Origin: Treponema sp.
GTDB lineage: Bacteria > Spirochaetota > Spirochaetia > Treponematales > Breznakiellaceae
Reading direction: 5' to 3'
Assembly (NCBI GenBank): GCA_031257385.1
Contig: JAIROT010000070.1
Coordinates: forward strand, 1 to 45,146
Length of the DNA stretch: 45,146 nucleotides
A program made the position numbers and the translations under genes. Under the pieces are notes generated by a model. That model searched no databases and was not told where the DNA came from. It saw nothing but the letters and a program-made list of their open reading frames with translations. The first letter of the stretch is position 1. Every line of letters starts with the position of its first letter. Positions 37,243 to 44,969 of the stretch are shown piece by piece.

Positions 37243-38273
37243 GGCCTGGGTATTCCCACCGTGTCCGGGGAAACCACCGCCTTACCCGCTTCGTAATACA
37301 GCCAGGCCACAGGCTGATAAAATTCGTATGCCTGATTCTGGGCCGCCGCGCCGGAGGCGGGGGCAAAAACCGCGCCGTTTTCTTTGGCGTATCTCTGTAT
37401 CTCCTGGCTGCTAACGATCTTTTCCGTCCAGACCTTGTTCAGGGTGTCGATAACTTCCCGTGGCACTCCCCTGGGAATAAAGATGCCGAAATAGTTGGGT
37501 CCCAGCTTAAAATCGGGAATCCACTGTTTCACCGAAGGGATCTTTCCGTATCCGTCAAGGTCCAGATCGGTTTCGGCAAGTACCGCCAGGGGCCGTATCT
37601 TGCCCCCCCGGATCATGTTGGCCTGTTCCACCGCCAGCTGGGGAGTCACCAGGACTTCCCCTGCCACCACCGCGGTAACCGCCGGGTTCCCGCCGTCATA
37701 GGTGACATGCTTGTAATCGATCCCCGTATACTTGCGGACCATTTCAATATTGACATGACCCGATGAAGTCTGGCCCGCGGTGGCCACCCCTATCTGTCCG
37801 GGATTGGCCTTAAAATCGGCCAGCAGCTGATCAAAGGTCTGGTACTTTGAATCCGCGTTTACCCCGATGACGCCCACGTTGCCGACAGTGAGGAAAATAT
37901 CCCAGTCATTTTTAATGTTGGTCTGTAACATACCGGTGGTCTGGTAGGTGGCCAGATCAACCGCGGCCCCCGCCGTCCAGGTATAGCCGTCTTTTACGGC
38001 ATCCATACAGTTTTTGGTGCCCGTGGAACCCGACGCGCCGGGCTGGTTGTCAATGACGATCCGCACCCCCAGGGCTTTTTCCAGTTCCGCCGCCGTAACC
38101 CTCGTGATCTGATCGGTGGAGCCGCCCGCGCCCCAGGGCACAATAATGTGAATCGGTTTATTTGGCTGCCAGCCCCCGTCCGCCGCCTGTCTTTGAGCTG
38201 CGGCGAAAAGGTTTCCCGCCGCGATAAGGGTTATAAGCCCAAGAACAAGCAAAAATCCCCATGACTTTTTCAT
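37239..38273 (-). CDS. tctC: Tripartite tricarboxylate transporter substrate-binding protein TctC (Bug family)
   Basis: PIHIIVPWGAGGSTD, NQPGASG, DGYT and YDGGNPA motifs; signal peptide. Start ATG 38273 behind GGAGG. Confidence 0.92.
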   Translation of the reverse strand: MKKSWGFLLVLGLITLIAAGNLFAAAQRQAADGGWQPNKPIHIIVPWGAGGSTDQITRVTAAELEKALGVRIVIDNQPGASGSTGTKNCMDAVKDGYTWTAGAAVDLATYQTTGMLQTNIKNDWDIFLTVGNVGVIGVNADSKYQTFDQLLADFKANPGQIGVATAGQTSSGHVNIEMVRKYTGIDYKHVTYDGGNPAVTAVVAGEVLVTPQLAVEQANMIRGGKIRPLAVLAETDLDLDGYGKIPSVKQWIPDFKLGPNYFGIFIPRGVPREVIDTLNKVWTEKIVSSQEIQRYAKENGAVFAPASGAAAQNQAYEFYQPVAWLYYEAGKAVVSPDTVGIPRP

Positions 38274-38391
38274 AAGTTCCTCCATAAAAAACATTATCTA
38301 TGACAGAAGCATAAATTAACTCAGTATAGGGGGCTTTTTACGGCGGAGCAATGATGTTTTTTGTCTGAAAATTTGCGTTTATTGCAGTGTC

Positions 38392-39237
38392 TTAGGGCAG
38401 GGTTCCGGCAATTTTTCGGTATTGCAGGGGGGAAATTCCCCGTATCTCATGAAACGTCCGGATAAAGTGTTCCGGATTTTCATAGCCCACAGCGCCGCTG
38501 ATTTCCGCTACCGGCTTGTTGGTGTACTGGAGGAGATGCTGGGCCTCGTTGATACGGTAGCGGATGAGGAAACTTTTGAAGCCGAAACCGGTTATTTCTT
38601 TAAACTTCCGGGAAAGATAATATTTACTCACAAAATACTTCCGGGCCACATCGTCAAGGACAATATGCTCCCGAAAATGCAGGGCCACATAATTTTGAAT
38701 TTCCGTGACGGTACCGATGATGTTAACATAGTCCCCGGCGGAAAAGAGGCCGGGGTTCTCCCGGTACAATTCGATCAGGATCTGGATGATGAGCATAATG
38801 ACCCGGCTGCTCCACATGGGTTTCTTTTCCTCACATTCCCTGATGGTTTCCTCAAACACTAGGGAAAGCCTTTGGGCAAAATCCTCCCGCAGGAGGACCA
38901 GATTGCGGGCGTCCGGCTTATGGTACAAAAAAAGAGAGAGGAGTTTTGGTTCCCGCAGGGCGTTCAGGATGAGTTGGTTGGTGACGGTAAACACATAACG
39001 TTTGTAGGGATATTTGCGGATGGAAACATTATGGGTGTCAAAGGCTCTGATGATGACAAGCGAGTCCTTCCCCGCCAGGTAATCCGCCCCGTTTATCCTG
39101 AAATTTGCCAGCCCCTCACGAACCAGCACCAGTTGATGATACCGGTGAAAATGTACGCCTATCCCATTGTAGTCGGTGTTTTTTTGAAAATAGGTAAGTA
39201 TGGGGAGCATATCGCTCAAATTGTTAATTTCATGCAC
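38392..39237 (-). CDS. AraC family transcriptional regulator
   Basis: Cupin HFH N-terminus; C-terminal SKYYLSRKFK...EISGAVGY...FIRTF...SPLQYRK. Confidence 0.93.
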   Translation of the reverse strand: MHEINNLSDMLPILTYFQKNTDYNGIGVHFHRYHQLVLVREGLANFRINGADYLAGKDSLVIIRAFDTHNVSIRKYPYKRYVFTVTNQLILNALREPKLLSLFLYHKPDARNLVLLREDFAQRLSLVFEETIRECEEKKPMWSSRVIMLIIQILIELYRENPGLFSAGDYVNIIGTVTEIQNYVALHFREHIVLDDVARKYFVSKYYLSRKFKEITGFGFKSFLIRYRINEAQHLLQYTNKPVAEISGAVGYENPEHFIRTFHEIRGISPLQYRKIAGTLP

Positions 39238-39245
39238 CGCGTTTT

Positions 39246-39274
39246 ATTTTAGAGCGAAATCCGGAATAGCGCAA
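39246..39274 (-). promoter_or_regulatory. Putative sigma70 promoter TTGCGC-N17-TAAAAT, 8 nt upstream of the araC GTG
   Basis: Read directly on the minus strand. Confidence 0.5.
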
Positions 39275-39340
39275 GGATTTTTACGGAGAGGGCAGGACCG
39301 GCGCATCATTTTGACTATCATACCGGCCTAACGGCCGGCT

Positions 39341-39405
39341 TGGAGTTTTGCGCCTTCGCGTCTGTTTAACTATCGGCGGGCGGTCCGAAGAGGCGCAAAA
39401 CTCCA
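39341..39405. repeat. 15-bp perfect inverted repeat downstream of the sulfur operon (possible terminator, stabiliser or MITE remnant)
   Basis: TGGAGTTTTGCGCCT (39341-39355) and AGGCGCAAAACTCCA (39391-39405). Confidence 0.55.
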
Positions 39406-39486
39406 GGAATCTTCCCCAGAGCGCAGAGGATGAAGTTTATATGCGCCGGCCCTGGGGTATCGGCCGCCTTTCCTGTCGCCATTGCC

Positions 39487-41007
39487 TTATCCTCCGGAGA
39501 GCGTGCGAAGGGCGCGGATCAGTTTGTCAACTTCTTCCGGCGTGTTGTAAAAAGCCAGGGAGGGGCGCACCGTTCCCTCAAGGCCGAAGAAACGCAGCAC
39601 CGGCTGGGCGCAGTGATGCCCCGCGCGTACCGCTATTCCCTGGGTATTGAGGAAGGCTCCTACATCCTCGTTGCTGTGGCCGTCCAAAACAAACGAGAGA
39701 ACGCTTGCTTTTTCCGCAGCCGTACCGACGAGGCGAAGGCCCCTGATTTTTTTCATCTCGCCCGCCGCGTAACGCAGCAGTTCATGTTCCCATGCGGCGA
39801 TGTTGTCCATGCCGATACCGCTCACATAATCAAGCGCCGCACCAAGGCCCACCGCGCCGGCGATGTTTCCGGTGCCCGCCTCGAATTTTGCCGGGGCCTT
39901 TCGGTATTGGGTCTGTTCAAAGCTTACGTCGGCAATCATATTACCGCCGCCCTGGTAAGGCCGGGCCGCTTCCAGCACGTCGGACTTGCCGTAGAGGATG
40001 CCAATGCCGGTGGGGCCGAATATCTTGTGCCCCGAAAAGACAAAGAAATCCGCGTCAAGGGCGCTCACGTTGACCGGCACGTGGGACACCGACTGCGCCC
40101 CGTCGATTAAAACTTTTACCCCCCGGCTATGGGCGATCTGTATCAGTTCCCCCACCGGCGCGATTGTGCCCAGGGCGTTTGAAACATGGGCCGCGGCTAC
40201 AAAACGGGTACGACTGTTAAAGAGGGCCGCATATTCGGAAAGAATGATCTGACCGCTTTGGTCTATGGGGGCAACCCGCAGCAGGGCCCCGGTTTCCTCG
40301 GCGATGAGCTGCCAGGGGACGATGTTGGCGTGGTGTTCCAGCATGGTGAGGATTATCTCGTCTCCGGGTTTGAGCAATTGTTTAACGTAGGCGTTGGCGG
40401 CGAGGTTGATCCCCTCGGTGGTTCCCCGGACAAAAACGATATTGTCTGCGGAGGGCGCGCCGATGAAGGCCGCGGCCTTTTTCCGGGCGTCTTCGTAGGC
40501 GTCGGTGGAACGTGAGGCCAGCTCGTGCGCCCCCCGGTGAACGTTGGAATTTTCGTGTTCGTAATACTGAACGAGCCGGTCTATTACCGCCCGTGGCCGC
40601 TGGGTCGTGGCGGCGTTGTCCATCCACACGAGGTCCTTTCCGTTGACTTTTTCGGCAAGAATGGGGAAATCCGCCCGTATCAGCTCAAGGCTTTTCGGGC
40701 CGATAAAAATGCCGGAAAGGAGGGGCGCGGATTGACGCGGCCGGACCGGCGCTCCGGTTTCACGGACGGGGGCCGCGTTGTACGCATCCCGGGGCAGAAC
40801 CCGCGGCGCATAGGCGCCGGGCCGAAACGCCGCGTCATCGGCATACGGCAGGGCCCTGCCGGGCGGTATTGCCCTGGTTATGCCGCCCCTGTGGTCCGCG
40901 CTTACACTTTCTTCGCCGCCGAATTCAGGAAAATACGCCCCGGCCAGCGCGGCCACCTCTTGAGCGGAGGGCAGAGCGAAGGCTTCCGGCCGGCTAGCTG
41001 TAATCAT
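39487..41007 (-). CDS. Family 2A encapsulin cargo cysteine desulfurase (SufS-type) with disordered N-terminal domain
   Basis: DNAATTQ, NVHRG, FSGHK (PLP Lys) and RAGHHCAQP (catalytic Cys) motifs. About 100-aa Pro/Ala/Arg-rich N-terminal extension. Start ATG 41007 overlaps the shell gene end. Confidence 0.92.
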   Translation of the reverse strand: MITASRPEAFALPSAQEVAALAGAYFPEFGGEESVSADHRGGITRAIPPGRALPYADDAAFRPGAYAPRVLPRDAYNAAPVRETGAPVRPRQSAPLLSGIFIGPKSLELIRADFPILAEKVNGKDLVWMDNAATTQRPRAVIDRLVQYYEHENSNVHRGAHELASRSTDAYEDARKKAAAFIGAPSADNIVFVRGTTEGINLAANAYVKQLLKPGDEIILTMLEHHANIVPWQLIAEETGALLRVAPIDQSGQIILSEYAALFNSRTRFVAAAHVSNALGTIAPVGELIQIAHSRGVKVLIDGAQSVSHVPVNVSALDADFFVFSGHKIFGPTGIGILYGKSDVLEAARPYQGGGNMIADVSFEQTQYRKAPAKFEAGTGNIAGAVGLGAALDYVSGIGMDNIAAWEHELLRYAAGEMKKIRGLRLVGTAAEKASVLSFVLDGHSNEDVGAFLNTQGIAVRAGHHCAQPVLRFFGLEGTVRPSLAFYNTPEEVDKLIRALRTLSGG

Positions 41008-41935
41008 AGTAGTCACCGACCTCAACATCTTCCAGCACGGCGAGGGCGTCATCGGCAAGGACCGCCGCGGAGCAGTACAGGGACAAGAGGTACGAGGCGA
41101 CGCCGTCGTCGTTTATACCCCTGAAACGAACCGAAAGCCCCCGTGACTGTTCGCCGGGCAGGCCCGTCTGGTAGAGACCGATAACCCCCCGCTTCGCTTC
41201 GCCGGTACGCGCCAAAAGAATATTGGTTTTGCCCGCCTTGCCCTTGGGGTTCTTGAGGCCGTCCACAAAAAGTTTGTCCGTCGGAATAAGGGGAATTCCC
41301 CGCCACGCGATAAAAGTACCTCCGGCGATATTCACCGTTACCGGAGGAACGCCGCGGCGGGTGCACTCCCGTTCAAAGGCCGCGATTGCCCTTGGGTGGG
41401 CAAGAAAAAACGAGGGGTCTTTCCATACTTTGGAGATAAGCTCGTCAAGATCATCGGGCATGGGCCGGCCGTATCTGGCCTGTATCCGCTGGGAATCGGC
41501 GGCGTTTTTCAAGAGACCGTAGCCGTCGCTGTTGATGATCTGGCTTTCCTGCCGTTCTTTCAGGCTTTCAATAGTCAGGCCGATCTGTTCCTTCACCTGA
41601 TCAAAGGGGGAGCTGTACACATCGGAAATTTTGGTATCGACATTGATAATAGTCGAAATTGAGCTGAGTTCATACTCGCGGGGCCTGGTCTGGTATTCGA
41701 CATAGCCCTGGGGGATTTCCGTCTTTTTGGGGTCCTGGCTGCACAGCGCATCCAGCGGCGTTTCTCCCTCCGCCACCCTGTTCACACGGTAAATACCCGC
41801 CGCAAGCCCTTTGAATTCCAGTACCCTGGTCAGCCACCGGGGGGTAAGGGAACCAAATTGAGGCGGAGTCTTGGTAATGTCCGCCAGTTGATACGCCGCG
41901 TCCCGTCCTAACGCGTTTACAATTTTTTCAGCCAT
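40994..41935 (-). CDS. Family 2A encapsulin nanocompartment shell protein (SrpI / major membrane protein I type)
   Basis: ALG..AA.QLA..TKT.PQ...TPRWL, GIYRVNRV, PREYEL, LKERQE, GLLKN, PDDLDELI, WRGIPLIP, GLSVRF and SYLLSLYCSAAVL match SrpI-type shells. 313 aa with no cNMP insertion; adjacent desulfurase. Confidence 0.93.
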   Translation of the reverse strand: MAEKIVNALGRDAAYQLADITKTPPQFGSLTPRWLTRVLEFKGLAAGIYRVNRVAEGETPLDALCSQDPKKTEIPQGYVEYQTRPREYELSSISTIINVDTKISDVYSSPFDQVKEQIGLTIESLKERQESQIINSDGYGLLKNAADSQRIQARYGRPMPDDLDELISKVWKDPSFFLAHPRAIAAFERECTRRGVPPVTVNIAGGTFIAWRGIPLIPTDKLFVDGLKNPKGKAGKTNILLARTGEAKRGVIGLYQTGLPGEQSRGLSVRFRGINDDGVASYLLSLYCSAAVLADDALAVLEDVEVGDYYDYS

Positions 41936-41985
41936 GATGTGTTCTCCTTGAACAATAAAGTGATCCCCCGCAGGGGTTGGAAACC

Positions 41986-43158
41986 TTAATATACGGGCAG
42001 GGTGGTGTCAACATCCCTTGCCCAGGCGTTTACGCCGTCTTCCAGATTGAGAAGGCGTCCCGTATAGCCCGCCTCCCTGAGCGCCCGTATGGCAAAAATA
42101 CTCCGCCGGCCTATCTTGCAGATAAACACCGCGTCTACCGCCGGATCAAATTCTTCCATGCGCCGGGTCATCTGCCCCAGCGGGATCGCCTTTGCCCGGG
42201 GGAATTTTACAATGGCCCGCTCGTGGGGTTCCCGAATGTCGATAATCTGCAGGGGATCATTCCGGTCAAACCGCGCTTTGAGTTCTTTGGCGCTGATCGT
42301 CTCAACAGGCTCCTCGTCCTGATTTTTTTTGAGGCCGCAAAACTGCTCGTAATCAATAAGCCCATGGATAGACGGCTCCCTGCCGCAGATGGGGCAATGG
42401 GGATCTTTGTCCAGCTTGAGTTCGCGGAATTTCATTTTCCACGCATCGAACAGCAGCAAGCGTCCGGTAAGACTGTCACCGCCTCCCGCAATAAGTTTGA
42501 TCACCTCGTTGGCCTGGAGGCTTCCCACAATGCCGGGAAGCACCCCCACCACACCGCCCTCCGCGCAGGAAGGCACCAGCCCCGGAGGAGGGGGCTCCGG
42601 GTAGAGGCAGCGGTAGCAGGGCCCCTCTTTGGCATAAAACACCGAGACCTGCCCTTCAAACTGAAAGATCGATCCGTACACGTTAGGTTTCCCCAAAAGC
42701 ACACAGGCATCGTTTACAAGGTAACGTGTCTGGTAATTATCGGTACCGTCGGCAACCACATCAAAGTCCCTTATAATGTCCAGGGCATTGGCGTCGGTAA
42801 GCATCGTATTAAAGATAATAACGTTACTATGGGGATTGATGCTCCTGATGCGGTCCTTCGCCGAAGCTACCTTGGGCCGCCCGATGTCCCGCGTCCCGTG
42901 AATCACCTGTCGCTGGAGATTCGATTCTTCCACAAAATCAAAATCCACGATCCCCAGAGTCCCCACCCCGGCGGCGGCAAGGTACAGTGCCAGCGGCGCG
43001 CCGAGGCCTCCGGTTCCCACCAGCAGCACCTTCGCCGCCTTGAGCCGTTTCTGCCCGTCCATCCCCAGCTCCGGCAGGAGCAGATGACGACTGTAGCGGG
43101 CAATTTCCCCGTTGGATAAACCGGGAAGTTCCCGGTCCTGTATGATACTTTCGCTCAT
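41986..43158 (-). CDS. moeB: MoeZ/MoeBR: ThiF/MoeB E1-like adenylyltransferase fused to rhodanese
   Basis: RYSRH, GTGGLG, SNLQRQ, CYRC, SCAEGG and CPIC motifs; C-terminal rhodanese DIREPHE...ICKIGRRS. Confidence 0.93.
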   Translation of the reverse strand: MSESIIQDRELPGLSNGEIARYSRHLLLPELGMDGQKRLKAAKVLLVGTGGLGAPLALYLAAAGVGTLGIVDFDFVEESNLQRQVIHGTRDIGRPKVASAKDRIRSINPHSNVIIFNTMLTDANALDIIRDFDVVADGTDNYQTRYLVNDACVLLGKPNVYGSIFQFEGQVSVFYAKEGPCYRCLYPEPPPPGLVPSCAEGGVVGVLPGIVGSLQANEVIKLIAGGGDSLTGRLLLFDAWKMKFRELKLDKDPHCPICGREPSIHGLIDYEQFCGLKKNQDEEPVETISAKELKARFDRNDPLQIIDIREPHERAIVKFPRAKAIPLGQMTRRMEEFDPAVDAVFICKIGRRSIFAIRALREAGYTGRLLNLEDGVNAWARDVDTTLPVY

Positions 43159-43266
43159 GCCCTAAATCCCTTGTATATTAGCCGCGTCCGTGAGGTCCGC
43201 GCCTGCATTTCTTCATTCGTGCCGGGGGGGGTTGACACCCGGAAACCCTCCTTGCGGCGGGGAGCT

Positions 43267-43575
43267 TCAGGCCGGGCCTGCTGATTTCCCTCCGGCAATC
43301 GCCGGCACCAGCATGATCGTATCCCCCGCCGAGACGGCAGTCTCCAGCCCTTTGAGGTTTTTTATGTTCACGTCCCCCACAAAGACATTGACGAACGGGC
43401 GCAGTTCCTTTTGGCCCGAATCCGTCCTCTCCTGATACAGATGCTGTTTCAAATCCGGGTATGCCTCCGCCAGCGCCCCAATTGCCTCACCCGCCGTTGC
43501 GCCTTCGACGCTCACCTCGGATTTCCTTTCGGTAAAAGAGCGCAACGCCGTGGGGATTAAAATTGTTACCGCCAT
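43267..43575 (-). CDS. MoaD/ThiS/CysO-type ubiquitin-like sulfur carrier with 6-residue extension after Gly-Gly
   Basis: MAVTILIPTALR, GAT.GE, LRPFVNVFV, GD.I.LVPAIAGG followed by KSAGPA and stop. Confidence 0.9.
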   Translation of the reverse strand: MAVTILIPTALRSFTERKSEVSVEGATAGEAIGALAEAYPDLKQHLYQERTDSGQKELRPFVNVFVGDVNIKNLKGLETAVSAGDTIMLVPAIAGGKSAGPA

Positions 43576-44006
43576 GTTATATCCTCCTCTCTGAATTCGC
43601 TCCGGTCTGCCACAAGTTCCCAGCTTCGCAGTCCCGCGGCCTTTCCTTTTGCCACCGACACTATAACATAAGAATAGAAAGGAAGGGCGTTGTTTTTATC
43701 AAAATCCGAAGGAATTGCGGGATGATCGGGGTGGGAATGGTAAAAGCCCAGAATGTCCCGGTTTTGCCTCCGCGCTTCTTTTTCCGCGTGAAGGTAGTCC
43801 TCAGGGGTAATTTCAAAGCGGTGGTACTGTTCCGCGTCCTCCCTTTTGTTAACAACGGGCAGCAGGGACTCCGTTTCCCGCCTGTCCGGTGAGCCTCCCG
43901 TCCCGGCTTCGAGCTTCCCCAAAAGGACGCCGCAGCACTCGTTGGGGTAGGCCGCCTCGCCTTCCGCCCCTATGGCCGCCGCGTTTTCCGCGGAGAGCAT
44001 GATCAT
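43566..44006 (-). CDS. JAB/MPN+ (M67, Mec-like) metallopeptidase
   Basis: YPNECCG and FYHSHPDHPAIPSDFD (E...HxH-x7-S-x2-D). Start ATG 44006 overlaps the cysteine synthase stop (ATGA). Confidence 0.92.
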   Translation of the reverse strand: MIMLSAENAAAIGAEGEAAYPNECCGVLLGKLEAGTGGSPDRRETESLLPVVNKREDAEQYHRFEITPEDYLHAEKEARRQNRDILGFYHSHPDHPAIPSDFDKNNALPFYSYVIVSVAKGKAAGLRSWELVADRSEFREEDITWR

Positions 44007-44902
44007 CCTTCCCCCCAAAAAGTATCCGAAACATAGCGGGAACCGCCGTCGCACAGGATCGTTACTACCGCCGACCCTTTGGGCAGCGTTTTGGCAAGAT
44101 TCAACGCGGCGGCAACATTGGCGCCGGAACTGATACCGGCGTAAATCCCCTCTTCCCGCGCAAGACGGCGGGCCATCGCGTAAGCCGCGCCGGTGCTGAC
44201 CGGGGCAATTTCATCCGGCAGCGCAGGATCGTAAAAACCCGGATGCCCGGTACTGGCCATGTGTCTTGTTCCTTCTATCCCATGAAAGGGGGAATCGGGC
44301 TGAACGGCGATAACCCGGATATTTTTGTCATATTCCTTGAGCCGCCGTGAAACGCCGGTAAAAGTTCCCGAAGTCCCCGTCCCCGTAATAAAATGGGTAA
44401 CGGCGTGATTCGACTGTTCCCAGATTTCAACGCCTGTGGAAAGATAATGGGCGCACCAGTTGGCGTCGTTATAGTACTGGTTAGGAAAAAAATAAGCCGC
44501 CGGGTCCCGTTCCGCTTCTTTTTTTGCCGCGGCAAAAGCCCCCTCGGAACTTTCCAGCGGATCGGTCTCGACAATTTTGGCGCGGCAGCTCTTCATAATC
44601 GCCTTCCGTTCCGCGCCGGCATTTGCCGGCAGATACAAAGTAACCGGAAAACCCAGAACCGCGCCGATCATGGCGTAGGCAATGCCCGTATTACCGCTGG
44701 TGGCGTCGATAATAGTCTTTCCCGGCTTGAGGTCCCCGTCCGCTATCCCCTTGAGGATCATCGCCTTGGCGGCCCGGTCTTTCACCGAACCTGAGGGATT
44801 CAGGAATTCCGCCTTGGCGTACAGGGAAACGCCTTCACTTTCCCGGGAAAGTTTTTCAAGTTTTAAGAGCGGGGTATTCCCCACCAGGTCAAGGATATTC
44901 AT
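44003..44902 (-). CDS. PLP-dependent cysteine synthase (CysM-like)
   Basis: VGNTPL, KAEFLNPSGSVKDR, ATSGNTG, GTGTSGT and GISSGAN motifs. Confidence 0.9.
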   Translation of the reverse strand: MNILDLVGNTPLLKLEKLSRESEGVSLYAKAEFLNPSGSVKDRAAKAMILKGIADGDLKPGKTIIDATSGNTGIAYAMIGAVLGFPVTLYLPANAGAERKAIMKSCRAKIVETDPLESSEGAFAAAKKEAERDPAAYFFPNQYYNDANWCAHYLSTGVEIWEQSNHAVTHFITGTGTSGTFTGVSRRLKEYDKNIRVIAVQPDSPFHGIEGTRHMASTGHPGFYDPALPDEIAPVSTGAAYAMARRLAREEGIYAGISSGANVAAALNLAKTLPKGSAVVTILCDGGSRYVSDTFWGEG

Positions 44903-44969
44903 TTACTATAACACCTGCCTATCCCCAGGGAGCCGCAAAACCAACCGGGTTTTGCAAGCGGATATATAT

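Noticed and set aside
7869-41058. Long N-terminal extensions in the ORF track for fliI (9569), topA (20402), ftsQ (26247) and the desulfurase (41058)
   Set aside because: They overlap upstream genes. Downstream starts with SD sequences or coupling overlaps fit the family N-termini better.
40994-41935. Prophage major capsid gene (HK97 fold)
   Set aside because: No terminase, portal or tail genes. Sequence motifs and the adjacent desulfurase identify a family 2A encapsulin.
43158-43269. Selenocysteine or stop read-through fusing the carrier to MoeZ
   Set aside because: Two more in-frame stops (TGA, TAG) lie in the gap and no convincing SECIS was seen.
41986-43575. Molybdopterin or thiamine biosynthesis, or a Bil/CBASS-type ubiquitin-like defence system
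   Set aside because: No moaE, thiG or E2-like gene is present. The cysteine synthase, rhodanese and desulfurase context points to sulfur transfer.
7675-44794. Long antisense ORFs (for example 8217-9386, 22814-23983, 34722-36050, 41977-43119 on +)
   Set aside because: Shadow frames of well-supported genes in GC-rich DNA, with no recognisable motifs.
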